From: Patescibacteria group bacterium
GTDB taxonomy: Bacteria; Patescibacteriota; Minisyncoccia; Phycocordibacterales; PALSA-1337
Reading direction: 5' to 3'
Length of the DNA stretch: 64,000 nucleotides
NCBI GenBank assembly: GCA_038061795.1
Contig: JBBTYL010000001.1
Coordinates: forward strand, 1,801-65,800
Positions 10,846 through 19,234 of this stretch are shown piece after piece (within the stretch, counting starts at the first letter, position 1; each line of letters starts with the position of its first letter). Below the pieces are notes generated by a model. The model saw only the letters and a program-made list of their open reading frames with translations, did not search any database and was not told the DNA's origin. The position numbers and the translations under genes are program-made.

Positions 10846-11672
10846 TACGTGAACATCAAGTCGATCGTCGCCTTCATCGCTTCGATAGGCATTGCTCCGC
10901 CAAGAATTATCATTTTGGAATCAGCGCTTATCTTGATAGGGTATTCGCCTTGGGCATTCACGTATGGCTGATAGATCTGCATTAGCTTTTCCTTGACTGT
11001 CGCTGGGAAAGCTTTCTCAAGTACGATGATGCTTGACGGGGTTCCCTCAATGCCGATATTCACGCCATCAAGAAAGTCGCCCTCGACTTTGTCTTTGAAT
11101 TTTCCCGTTGCGAGACAGTTGTTGAACGCGGAAACATCAAGACCTGAAAACTCTGCGATTTTTGGAAGCTCCCTCGGGTCTAGTCCGTTCGGCGCAGCTG
11201 AGGTGACTGATGGCGTCACCTCATAAAGGCGGTCCGTATATTTCCAGAACTTATCATTGCCGCCCTGGTCAGCAGCGCATTCAAAAGCCTGCGACTCCTT
11301 TCCAGCGTTCGGATGCAAGATGCTGCCGTCCGGCATAGGCTTATCAAGCGGATAGTGTCGGTAAATCCACGCGACATTTCCTGCCGTCCCATAGCTTGCC
11401 ATCAAGCTGTTCATGGTATTGTGGAATACCTTACAGAAAGGACATGAAGGATCAGAATATTCGACAATCTTCACTTTTGCATTGGGATTGCCTTTGATAT
11501 GGTCAGTTGCAGAGACCGCTTTTACTTTCTGTTCGAAAGATGCCGCTTGCTGTTTGGGCGTATTTGAAGCGGGAGCTTTTGCATAAATCACTGCTCCGGC
11601 GATGATCGCTCCGGCGATGACGATGGCTGTAGGGATGTTGAGGACTGAGGGCGATTTTTTTGTTGGTTCCAT
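10842..11672 (-). CDS. DsbA-like thioredoxin-fold protein, membrane anchored
   Basis: CPFC active site and an N-terminal TM helix. I prefer the start at MEPTKK (11672) over the ORF-track start at 11813, which crosses a plus-strand promoter. Confidence 0.8.
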   Translation of the reverse strand: MEPTKKSPSVLNIPTAIVIAGAIIAGAVIYAKAPASNTPKQQAASFEQKVKAVSATDHIKGNPNAKVKIVEYSDPSCPFCKVFHNTMNSLMASYGTAGNVAWIYRHYPLDKPMPDGSILHPNAGKESQAFECAADQGGNDKFWKYTDRLYEVTPSVTSAAPNGLDPRELPKIAEFSGLDVSAFNNCLATGKFKDKVEGDFLDGVNIGIEGTPSSIIVLEKAFPATVKEKLMQIYQPYVNAQGEYPIKISADSKMIILGGAMPIEAMKATIDLMFTY

Positions 11673-11723
11673 TATATAAATTTGCTTATAATAATTGTGA
11701 TAATTATAGCATATAAAAAATGC

Positions 11724-11753
11724 TTGACAGAGAACGCTGTTGGGGTGTACAAT
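11724..11753 (+). promoter_or_regulatory. Sigma-70-type promoter of an ORF-less unit
   Basis: TTGACA (11724-11729), 18-nt spacer, TACAAT (11748-11753). Confidence 0.55.
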
Positions 11754-11759
11754 TTTAAT

Positions 11760-11912
11760 GTAGGTTTGGTTGTGGTTGGGACTAGAGGGAGTGAGCGCGC
11801 TGTGGATTTCCATCGCCCGCTCACTTCACCTCTCCCCCCACTTTCATTCCGTTTGATCTTTCCTTCATACGCCCCGCCTGCTGCACACCTTCGTGTAGCG
11901 GGCGGTTTTTTT
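11760..11912 (+). ncRNA. Candidate structured RNA or attenuator leader (~150 nt, unclassified)
   Basis: Lies between the promoter at 11724 and the terminator CCGCCTGCTGCAC...GTGTAGCGGGCGG+T7 (11874-11912). Contains a long G-rich/C-rich imperfect hairpin (GAGTGAGCG...CGCTCACTTC). No credible ORF. Confidence 0.4.
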
Positions 11913-11947
11913 ATCAGCGATTGACATCTGTATAATTTGATGGTAGT

Positions 11948-12499
11948 TTGTTCGCTAGTGATCTTTTAACTACTTATGGTATGAACAAAATACTTTTTCC
12001 TTTAGTTGCGGAGCGAATCAACGCGATGCACAAGGCTGACCAGGACATGCGGCGTAGTAATGTCTCGAATCCTGACGTTTGGGACGAGGGGCTTGATTAT
12101 CGCAATACCGAAGTTCTTAAGTTGAACGTCGTGTTCATCGGTTGGTTCGCAGCCTCGAAAGTTGGATTGAGAGCTTCGCGTAATGCAGCGCTCATCGTAC
12201 GTCATGCAGACCACGACATCGCCTTTCAGAGGCATTGTCTCGAGCTCATGAAAGCATGCGCCAACGGTGATGCGGATCTCGTTGAAATTGCCTACCTTGA
12301 GGATCGCATTTGCGTCAACCTAGGAGGCCTGCAGATCTACGGCACTCAATTTCATGAGGTTGGGGGCGTTGATGTTCCTCGCCCGATCTGGAATCCCAGG
12401 TGGGTTGACCATCGCCGCAAGAAGATGGGTCTCTCTACCTTGGCAGAAGGAATTGCAGCCATGCGTCTCAAGTACGCAGGCAAATGGAAGAAACGATGA
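11948..12499 (+). CDS. Hypothetical protein (possibly DUF6624-like)
   Basis: ORF only, with weak recollection of the family pattern (HADHD...YLEDR...QIYGTQ). The start may be MNKILFPL at 11981. Confidence 0.6.
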   Translation: MFASDLLTTYGMNKILFPLVAERINAMHKADQDMRRSNVSNPDVWDEGLDYRNTEVLKLNVVFIGWFAASKVGLRASRNAALIVRHADHDIAFQRHCLELMKACANGDADLVEIAYLEDRICVNLGGLQIYGTQFHEVGGVDVPRPIWNPRWVDHRRKKMGLSTLAEGIAAMRLKYAGKWKKR

Positions 12500-12600
12500 A
12501 TCGGTTCGGTTTTCAAGAAGCGCGTAACGAAAGTTATGCGCTTTGTTTTTGGAAGGGTCAGATATGCTACAATATCGGCATTATCATCTAAACAAATCAA

Positions 12601-13488
12601 ATGCCCCCAGAGAACAATCAAGCACCAGTTGTCCCAATCAAGATAGGGAGGTTTAAAGCCAGCAAAATCATTGTTAGGGAATCTTGGAATATCTTGAAGC
12701 AGGAAAGGGAAATCATGTGGTTTCCGGTCATCTCATCTCTTACGACGACAGTCGCCCTGCTTATCATCGGAATCATCTATTACGCAGTCGTACTCGGTGG
12801 CAATTTGAGCGGGCTCAACTTTGAAAACAATGCATTCTCAAGTAATGTCCTTGTTTATGGCGGCCTGCTTATCTATTACATTGTCATCTTTTTCATTGCC
12901 AATTTCTTTCAGGCCGGATTGTTCATTATTGTAAATGGTCGATTCTCTGGACAGAATCTCAGCTTCAGTGACGGGATTCGCGGAGCGAAGGCGCATATCG
13001 GAAAGATATTTGCGTGGTCAGTCATCAACGCGACCGTCGGCATGATCCTGAGAATCATTTCTGACAAGTCGAAGCTCATCGGCAAGATCGTGGCTGCAGT
13101 GCTCGGCGGCGCATGGGCGATATTGACCTATTTCAGCCTTCCGTCGCTTGTGATAGGAAATATGAGCGTCAAGGATTCATTCAAGGAATCAGCCGCCATT
13201 ATCCGCAAGACTTGGGGAGAGTCTCTCATCATCAATTTTGGAGTCGGACTCTTCTTTATGCTCATCACATTCTTCACTACAGTCATCGCGATTGGAATCT
13301 GCATCCTTGTGCCGACATTCTATGTGCTTGTCCTTGTCACGATACTTTTCGTCGTCTTCATCATCGTCGTGTCTATCATCTCTACGACGCTTGGATCGAT
13401 CTTCAAGCTTGCACTCTTTACCTATGCGCGAACAGGCCAGATCCCTCAAGGATTTTCTCCTGATATCGTAAGAGCTGCGGTGAAGTAA
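12601..13488 (+). CDS. Multi-pass membrane protein (DUF6159-like)
   Basis: Several hydrophobic helices. The N-terminal pattern SWNILKQEREIMWFPVIS is typical of that family. Confidence 0.75.
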   Translation: MPPENNQAPVVPIKIGRFKASKIIVRESWNILKQEREIMWFPVISSLTTTVALLIIGIIYYAVVLGGNLSGLNFENNAFSSNVLVYGGLLIYYIVIFFIANFFQAGLFIIVNGRFSGQNLSFSDGIRGAKAHIGKIFAWSVINATVGMILRIISDKSKLIGKIVAAVLGGAWAILTYFSLPSLVIGNMSVKDSFKESAAIIRKTWGESLIINFGVGLFFMLITFFTTVIAIGICILVPTFYVLVLVTILFVVFIIVVSIISTTLGSIFKLALFTYARTGQIPQGFSPDIVRAAVK

Positions 13489-13558
13489 AAGCACTTAATA
13501 TAAAAAGATCAACCCCGACGCTTGAAGCGACGGGGTTGGGTGTGAAAGGGAAATCGGA

Positions 13559-13912
13559 TTAGTTGAGTGCGGCAGTTTTTTCAGCACGGCTTCTGAGGTC
13601 ATTTTCGGATCCGCGCTGCCATGTTCCAGGCGCAGCCATCATAATATGCTTTGTGGGATAAACGAGGAATTCTGCTTTAACGGTTTTTGAGCCGCGATTG
13701 ATTTCAGCTGTCATTTTGATCCCGCTGACGCCGACGAAGAAGGTGAACTCGTGTTGAGTGTTGATCACGATTTCCGTATCGAATTCTTCGCAGGTTAGTC
13801 TGATGCGCCGGAGCTTTTTCTTGATCATGTGCTGTCCGAAGAAATACAGAGCATCAGCCTCGTTCTCTGCCAGACCCCCGCCCTCGATGAAGACACAGTT
13901 AATAGCTTGCAT
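13559..13912 (-). CDS. Hypothetical protein (117 aa)
   Basis: ORF with its own minus-strand promoter (TTGACA 13998-13993, TATTGT 13974-13969). No family recognised. Confidence 0.6.
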   Translation of the reverse strand: MQAINCVFIEGGGLAENEADALYFFGQHMIKKKLRRIRLTCEEFDTEIVINTQHEFTFFVGVSGIKMTAEINRGSKTVKAEFLVYPTKHIMMAAPGTWQRGSENDLRSRAEKTAALN

Positions 13913-14073
13913 AGATTGTATAGGTTCTTTCTCGGTTTCTAGGTTATTTGTGCTGTAAATCGTTCAATACAATACTATTTTGTTTTGTATATGTCAATGT
14001 TATCTGTTGAAGTAACTTTTAAAATAAAAACCGCCCCGGCATTGCTGACGGGGTTTGGTTTGGCTGCGGCGAT

Positions 14074-14397
14074 TTAGGATTCTTTCCACTTTTCGCCCTC
14101 TTGCTCTTCCTGCGCAATGAACTGCTTGAGTATGTGTTCAAGCGAAGCGATGTTATCTTGCTTGTGGTCGCAGTAGTCCTCGAGTCCCTGGTTTCTTGTA
14201 AAAAGCGGCGAGTCCTCGATCTGCTGTTCGATGGCAACCCATTCTTGGGCACTGATCTGTTCCCCGATTAGGAGTTCACCTTTCTCCAAAGCCTGGTGCT
14301 TGGTGATGAAGGGGCGAGACTTCTGACCGTTACTGAAGACAATCTGCGCGAGCATGCCGTTGAAGATGACTTCCAGGTGTGCGGGTTTCTTTTGCAT
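14074..14397 (-). CDS. Hypothetical acidic protein (107 aa)
   Basis: ORF with an upstream TTGACG-N17-TATCTT promoter. No family recognised. Confidence 0.6.
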   Translation of the reverse strand: MQKKPAHLEVIFNGMLAQIVFSNGQKSRPFITKHQALEKGELLIGEQISAQEWVAIEQQIEDSPLFTRNQGLEDYCDHKQDNIASLEHILKQFIAQEEQEGEKWKES

Positions 14398-14508
14398 AAC
14401 TGTATTCCTTGGTTAGGATTGCGGTTTGTTTATTTGTGCGGGGACTGATGTTTAAGATACTACTTCGGTTCAAGAGCGTCAATGTATTTTGCGGTGTATA
14501 ATTCGCTC

Positions 14509-14562
14509 ATGTCCCACCCCTATAAGCTTATCCGCTCCCATCGCAGGTCTATCGCACTGATG
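14509..14562 (+). pseudogene. Duplicated 18-codon 5' fragment of the ygjP-like gene
   Basis: 46/54 nt identical to 15228..15281. Encodes MSHPYKLIRSHRRSIALM versus MSHPYKLIRSRRRSIALM, then runs out of frame over the next gene. Confidence 0.8.
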
Positions 14563-14566
14563 AAGT

Positions 14567-15208
14567 GTGATAAAATATGTGATATTAATTTGCTTTATGA
14601 TCAAGCAGGCATTCAAAAATCCATCGACAGTAATTTTAATTCTTTCAAACCTTATTCCTCTTTTCGGAGTTCTCTTTCTAGAGTGGAACATTTTCTCGAT
14701 ATTAATTCTATATTGGGCAGAGACAGCGGTTATCGGACTTTACACAATTTTTAAAATAATTATATTTCATCGATGGAAGGCTATTATGTTGGCGCCATTC
14801 TTTGTTGTTCACTTCGGTATATTTATGTTGGGGCACCTCATTTTTATAGTCGTGCTTTTTGCAAATCCAGATGGATTATCTTCTTATAATGTTGGAAATA
14901 CTCCTTCATACCTACTGATACTTTCACTCGTTAAACCTCTCGCGATTGCTTTCTTGTCTCTCGTGCTAAGTCACGGATACTCATTCTTTGCGAATTATAT
15001 TGGCAACAAGGAATATCTAGAAAGGACAAAGGATCCATTTTTATCGCCTTATGGAAGGATTGTAATCATGCACCTCACAATTCTTTTTGGAGGCTTTCTC
15101 TCAATGATATTCGGAAATGCAGTCTTTGCACTTGTTTTAATGGTCATTATGAAAATCGTAGTTGATGCGCTATTCCATATGAGACAACATGGTTTACTGA
15201 AAAGATAA
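14567..15208 (+). CDS. Multi-pass membrane protein (DUF6498-like)
   Basis: LSNLIPLFGVLFLEWNIFSILILYWAETAVIGLY pattern and several TM helices. GTG start in the ORF track; ATG at 14597 is an alternative. Confidence 0.7.
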   Translation: MIKYVILICFMIKQAFKNPSTVILILSNLIPLFGVLFLEWNIFSILILYWAETAVIGLYTIFKIIIFHRWKAIMLAPFFVVHFGIFMLGHLIFIVVLFANPDGLSSYNVGNTPSYLLILSLVKPLAIAFLSLVLSHGYSFFANYIGNKEYLERTKDPFLSPYGRIVIMHLTILFGGFLSMIFGNAVFALVLMVIMKIVVDALFHMRQHGLLKR

Positions 15209-15227
15209 AAAAGACCCAGTCCATTCT

Positions 15228-15809
15228 ATGTCCCACCCCTACAAACTAATCCGCTCTCGTCGCAGGTCAATCGCGCTTATGATTTCTTCTGACGCGACGC
15301 TTGTCGTTCGTGCGCCGATTTTTGTTTCTCGATTCCACATCGAGAACCTCATCGAGCGCAAGAAGGATTGGATCTCTAAGCATCTGGAACGCAAGCGGCA
15401 AGTAAAAACGGGAGCGAAGAAAGAACTTCTTTTTCTTGGCGAGTTGAATCCGATGGCATTCGAAAGTCGAGAGAAGATGGTTGCTTGGTATCGGAAGCAG
15501 GCTCGGGAAATCCTAACGCAAAGAATGGAGCATTGGAGCAAGCTTTCCGGCTGGCAGTTCAAGTCCATGTCTATCAATGGCGCGCGGACGAGGTGGGGGA
15601 GCTGCGGGCCGAAGAACAGCATCAATTTTAGCTGGAGGCTTGTGATGGCCCCGATGCATGTTGTCGACTATGTGGTGGTGCATGAGCTGGCGCATACTGT
15701 GGTGAAGAATCATTCGAGGAAGTTCTGGGAGGCAGTGGCGGGTGTGATGCCGGATTATAAGGAAAGGAGGAAGTGGTTGAGGGAGAATGAGGGGAGGTTT
15801 GCAAGCTGA
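15228..15809 (+). CDS. YgjP-like zinc metallopeptidase (DUF45/M48 family)
   Basis: HELAH zinc motif (VVHELAHTVVKNHSRKFW) in the typical C-terminal position. Confidence 0.85.
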   Translation: MSHPYKLIRSRRRSIALMISSDATLVVRAPIFVSRFHIENLIERKKDWISKHLERKRQVKTGAKKELLFLGELNPMAFESREKMVAWYRKQAREILTQRMEHWSKLSGWQFKSMSINGARTRWGSCGPKNSINFSWRLVMAPMHVVDYVVVHELAHTVVKNHSRKFWEAVAGVMPDYKERRKWLRENEGRFAS

Positions 15810-15862
15810 AACTGTATAGGCAACACTTCTTTTAATTTGTCTACTTACACTATATTTTACTT

Positions 15863-16447
15863 ATGATATCATTGTATATGATTATTAGTGTAAATAGCAA
15901 TAAAATGAAAGAAAATACAAAATTCTACATTACTCTTACTGGCAAGATAAATATACCAGAGCTAGAAATAAGCCAAGATGTTGCAGCTAAAATTATAAGA
16001 TTAATCGTGCCCCTATCATCTAATGATTTGATTCCTGATGAAGAAGTTTCAAATTTTAAATCTATTCCAAATGATACTAATTTGAATACCTCATTGACTG
16101 CTAAACATTTTATGTCACAGAAGCAACCTAAAAGTGATATGGAGAGGGTTGCTTGTCTTGCTTATTATTTGGCACATTATAAGAATATTGGACAGTTCAA
16201 GACTATTGATCTTACTCATTTAAATGCCGAGGCAGCTCAACCAAAATTTTCCAATGCTTCGGTGGCTGTCGCGAATTCTACGAGTCAACAATATTTAGTT
16301 CCTGCTGGAAATGGTAAAAAGCAGATTACAGTTAGAGGTGAGGCACTTGTTGCGGCTCTACCCGATCGTGCTGCAGTAAAAAACGCTTTAGACTCTAATC
16401 CTTCACGCGGCAATAAACGTAAAAATATTAGTAAGAAAAATAAATAA
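15863..16447 (+). CDS. Hypothetical protein, first gene of the DUF3800 operon
   Basis: AT-rich ORF with a lysine-rich C-terminus. Its stop lies 3 nt before the next start. No family recognised. The likely start is MKENTKF at 15906. Confidence 0.6.
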   Translation: MISLYMIISVNSNKMKENTKFYITLTGKINIPELEISQDVAAKIIRLIVPLSSNDLIPDEEVSNFKSIPNDTNLNTSLTAKHFMSQKQPKSDMERVACLAYYLAHYKNIGQFKTIDLTHLNAEAAQPKFSNASVAVANSTSQQYLVPAGNGKKQITVRGEALVAALPDRAAVKNALDSNPSRGNKRKNISKKNK

Positions 16448-16450
16448 TTT

Positions 16451-16636
16451 ATGAAAATGATATTAAAACCAGGACAAATCGTTCCCAAGTCAGGTCAGTA
16501 CGAAAGGATTGGTCCAAGAGGTGGTGAGACAGGCAAGGAGATCACTGGAGTTAAGGGTAAGCCACTTCCACCAACTCCAGTAGTGGGCTCAACTTATAAG
16601 TTGGTTGATAAGACAAAGCATAAAAGAAATGGCTAA
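16451..16636 (+). CDS. Small YjzC-like protein (61 aa)
   Basis: KPGQIVPKSGQY...G...PLPPT pattern recalled from YjzC-family proteins. Overlaps the next gene by 8 nt (ATGGCTAA). Confidence 0.45.
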   Translation: MKMILKPGQIVPKSGQYERIGPRGGETGKEITGVKGKPLPPTPVVGSTYKLVDKTKHKRNG

Positions 16637-17300
16637 ATCTCAATACTACATATTCATAGATGAATCTGGTGACCCCGGGAAACCATTCAATTTTGATAAA
16701 GATGGGTCAAAAATTCCTACAGGAGCAAGTTTATACTACATTCTTTCCGCAATTTGTCTTAATTCACAAAAATTGTTTTTGTTAGAAAATGGGATAATGG
16801 GTATTAGAAATAAATATGGATTCAAGAGTGAAATAAAGTCAAATATTATTCCATTATCAATGTATGAAGAAATTCTAGACCTTGTTAATCAGCTCAGAAT
16901 ACCCATCTATTATCGTCTTATAGACAAAGCAAAGTATAAGGGAAAATTTGCAATTTCTGGACACGAAAAACTACACAATATTTTTGATGATTATAATCTA
17001 TCGAAAGTTGCATTATTTGCAGCAAAAAAATGTAGCAATCAAGGGATTGAGGTAGTAATTGATCGTGCAGACCGAAGAATGTATAAAGGAAAATTTGACC
17101 ATTTTAATAAATATCTATTTGAAAGAGTAAATACAAAAACTTTTGAGCGAATTAAGCATATTACTCATGTAGATTCTGAATACGTGAACGCGATGCAACT
17201 GTCTGACCTTGTAAGTGGAGCAATTAAAGATTATTTTACTGGTAAAAACAAGGATTTAAGAAAGAGAATAGATAAGAAATATCTATATAAAATTTATTAA
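16629..17300 (+). CDS. DUF3800 domain protein
   Basis: N-terminal YYIFIDESGDPG motif is characteristic of DUF3800. I prefer the MAKSQYY start over the ORF-track start at 16605. Confidence 0.7.
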   Translation: MAKSQYYIFIDESGDPGKPFNFDKDGSKIPTGASLYYILSAICLNSQKLFLLENGIMGIRNKYGFKSEIKSNIIPLSMYEEILDLVNQLRIPIYYRLIDKAKYKGKFAISGHEKLHNIFDDYNLSKVALFAAKKCSNQGIEVVIDRADRRMYKGKFDHFNKYLFERVNTKTFERIKHITHVDSEYVNAMQLSDLVSGAIKDYFTGKNKDLRKRIDKKYLYKIY

Positions 17301-17527
17301 ATTAGCAAAAGAGCGGGCCCTAGACCTAGGACACGCTCTTTTGCTACTAAACAGTCATGTTTCGTACATTTATTATACTAGCAGCCGGAGATATTAAAGT
17401 CAACTAAACCCAATATTACCTACCACACCACAATTTTTCCATTTAAAATATAAAAGATACGAGTTACTCTGGTATTAAATTCAATACCTTGACTATTGGT
17501 ACTTGTTAGTGTTTTAATGAACATATT

Positions 17528-18214
17528 ATGCTAGTAGTTAAAACATACTCCTTTAAGGGCGGCGAAGAGTTTATTAAAGAACGTCACAAATCTGAACTTT
17601 TTGAGGTTGTCGATGCTATATCTAATCTTGATGCGATCACCTGTCTTACTAAATTAAGTAGTGAAAAGACAAAAGTTGGCCAACTTTTGTTTTCTCCGAC
17701 TGACCTCAATAAGGCACTGAAGATTAAGCTTTGTGAAAACGGATGGACAGAAAAGTCCAATGGCAAAAAGGGTTATATAGAACCGCGTCATGCATTTGGA
17801 AAGAACCGTTTCCGAGAAATGGATGGAATCAAAAGTAAGGTTGGTTTGGAAATACAGTTCGGGAAATATGCCTTTATGGGTTATGATATTTTCTCGAAAA
17901 TGGTTATTTTTAATAAATTAGGACTTATTGAGTGTGGTATTGAAGTTGTTCCAGTTAATGAACTTTGTAAGCATATGTCTACAGGTGTTTCCGATTTTGA
18001 TCAATTGCTTATTGATTTTGAGTATCGAGGTGAAAGCAATATTGATATTCCTGTATTTGTCATTGGTATTGGACTTACTGATAAAGAAAAAGATGCACGT
18101 GAAGAAATGCAAAAACTTTATTCAACAAATCGAGCTGAAGCAATTAAAATAATTAAATTAAGGAAATATAGCGGCTCATTGCCCGGACCTAAAGAGATTA
18201 CTTCTGGCTTTTAG
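17528..18214 (+). CDS. Type II restriction endonuclease, BglII/BstYI family
   Basis: Blocks align to BglII from memory: KVGQLLFSPTDLNKALKIKL vs KVGSLIFDPVGTNQYIKDEL, and DGIKSKVGLEIQF vs DFGKRDTLVEVQF. The D-X8-E-X-Q catalytic spacing is conserved. Confidence 0.75.
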   Translation: MLVVKTYSFKGGEEFIKERHKSELFEVVDAISNLDAITCLTKLSSEKTKVGQLLFSPTDLNKALKIKLCENGWTEKSNGKKGYIEPRHAFGKNRFREMDGIKSKVGLEIQFGKYAFMGYDIFSKMVIFNKLGLIECGIEVVPVNELCKHMSTGVSDFDQLLIDFEYRGESNIDIPVFVIGIGLTDKEKDAREEMQKLYSTNRAEAIKIIKLRKYSGSLPGPKEITSGF

Positions 18215-19111
18215 AAATTCTTCAGGCATTTGACTCAATTTATTTAGTTTTTCTGGTGCGTGGATAGGTGTTCCCATTGTTCGTCTTTTTAAACTGCCAT
18301 CTGCAGCAGCAATAATTCTTTCTTTTGCAATTTCAAGATATTTTTTACCAATATCAGAACCAAAACCTTTTCGTCCGTGTAGTATTGCAGCACACAAAGC
18401 ACTTCCAACACCGACATATGGATCCACAACCACGTCTCCTTCATCAGTGAGAGATAATACAAGTCTTTCAATCAATTCAATAGGGAACTGACAGGGATGA
18501 TTTGTTTTCTCAGGATGGTTACTTTTAACATTCGGAATATCCCAAACATCTGAAGGATTTTTTCCTAAAGGATTTCCTGATAATTCACCTTTTTTTGCTC
18601 CATCTTTATAGTTCCTTTTTCCAGGATATTTTTGCGGGACTCGAATTGGGTCAAGATTAAAAGTATAGTCATCTGACTTTGTGAACCAGATAATCGTTTC
18701 ATGTCTTCCAGAAAGTCTTTTTGATGAATGTAGACCATGCCCAAAGTGCCACACTATTCGATTTCTTAATTTAAGACCATATTTTTTTGCAATTGGATAA
18801 ATGAGCATGTCTAAAGGATAAATCTCACCATCTTTAGCGACATGATTACCTACTTGCCAACATAAGCTACCAGAATCTTTTAGAGTCCTGACAGCTTCTT
18901 TGATTGTTTCCTCTTGATCCGCAAGATATGTTTTTAGACTTCGTCGTTTTTCGTATTCTTTTCCAATATTATAAGGTGGTGAAGTTACTACAAGTTTAAC
19001 CGAATTGTCAGGTAATGACTTTAATAGTTCAAGTCTATCACCACAAAAGAGAACAGCATCACTCTCAGGTTGATATTTGTTTGTAATTTTTATTTTTTTA
19101 AGTGATGACAT
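18176..19111 (-). CDS. Beta-class N4-cytosine/N6-adenine DNA methyltransferase
   Basis: The TSPPY catalytic motif precedes the AdoMet motif VVDPYVGVGS. SPPY is typical of N4-cytosine MTases such as M.BglII and M.BamHI. Confidence 0.85.
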   Translation of the reverse strand: MSSLKKIKITNKYQPESDAVLFCGDRLELLKSLPDNSVKLVVTSPPYNIGKEYEKRRSLKTYLADQEETIKEAVRTLKDSGSLCWQVGNHVAKDGEIYPLDMLIYPIAKKYGLKLRNRIVWHFGHGLHSSKRLSGRHETIIWFTKSDDYTFNLDPIRVPQKYPGKRNYKDGAKKGELSGNPLGKNPSDVWDIPNVKSNHPEKTNHPCQFPIELIERLVLSLTDEGDVVVDPYVGVGSALCAAILHGRKGFGSDIGKKYLEIAKERIIAAADGSLKRRTMGTPIHAPEKLNKLSQMPEEFLKARSNLFRSGQ

Positions 19112-19197
19112 ATGGCGAATTATCTCTTATTTCCTTTATTTTTTCAAATAGAAAATGTTTTATTAATAAATTTGTTTTTTTTACTCACTGTACATCC

Positions 19198-19227
19198 TTG
19201 CTAAGTAAACGAACGTTCACCTATAAT
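19198..19227 (+). promoter_or_regulatory. Promoter of the Y-family polymerase gene with an embedded GAACGTTC palindrome
   Basis: TTGCTA (19198-19203), 18-nt spacer containing AAACGAACGTTC (19207-19218), TATAAT (19222-19227). The ATG follows 7 nt later. Confidence 0.55.
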
Positions 19228-19234
19228 ATAGGGC

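Noticed and set aside
11682-11924. An 80-aa plus-strand ORF over the candidate RNA.
   Set aside because: It starts upstream of the only promoter, runs through the terminator, and has odd, low-complexity composition.
13113-13494. Nested ORFs (116 aa on +, 77 aa on +, 101 aa on -) inside the DUF6159-like membrane gene.
   Set aside because: These are alternative-frame shadows of a codon-biased membrane gene, and their products are low-complexity (D/E/R/S-rich).
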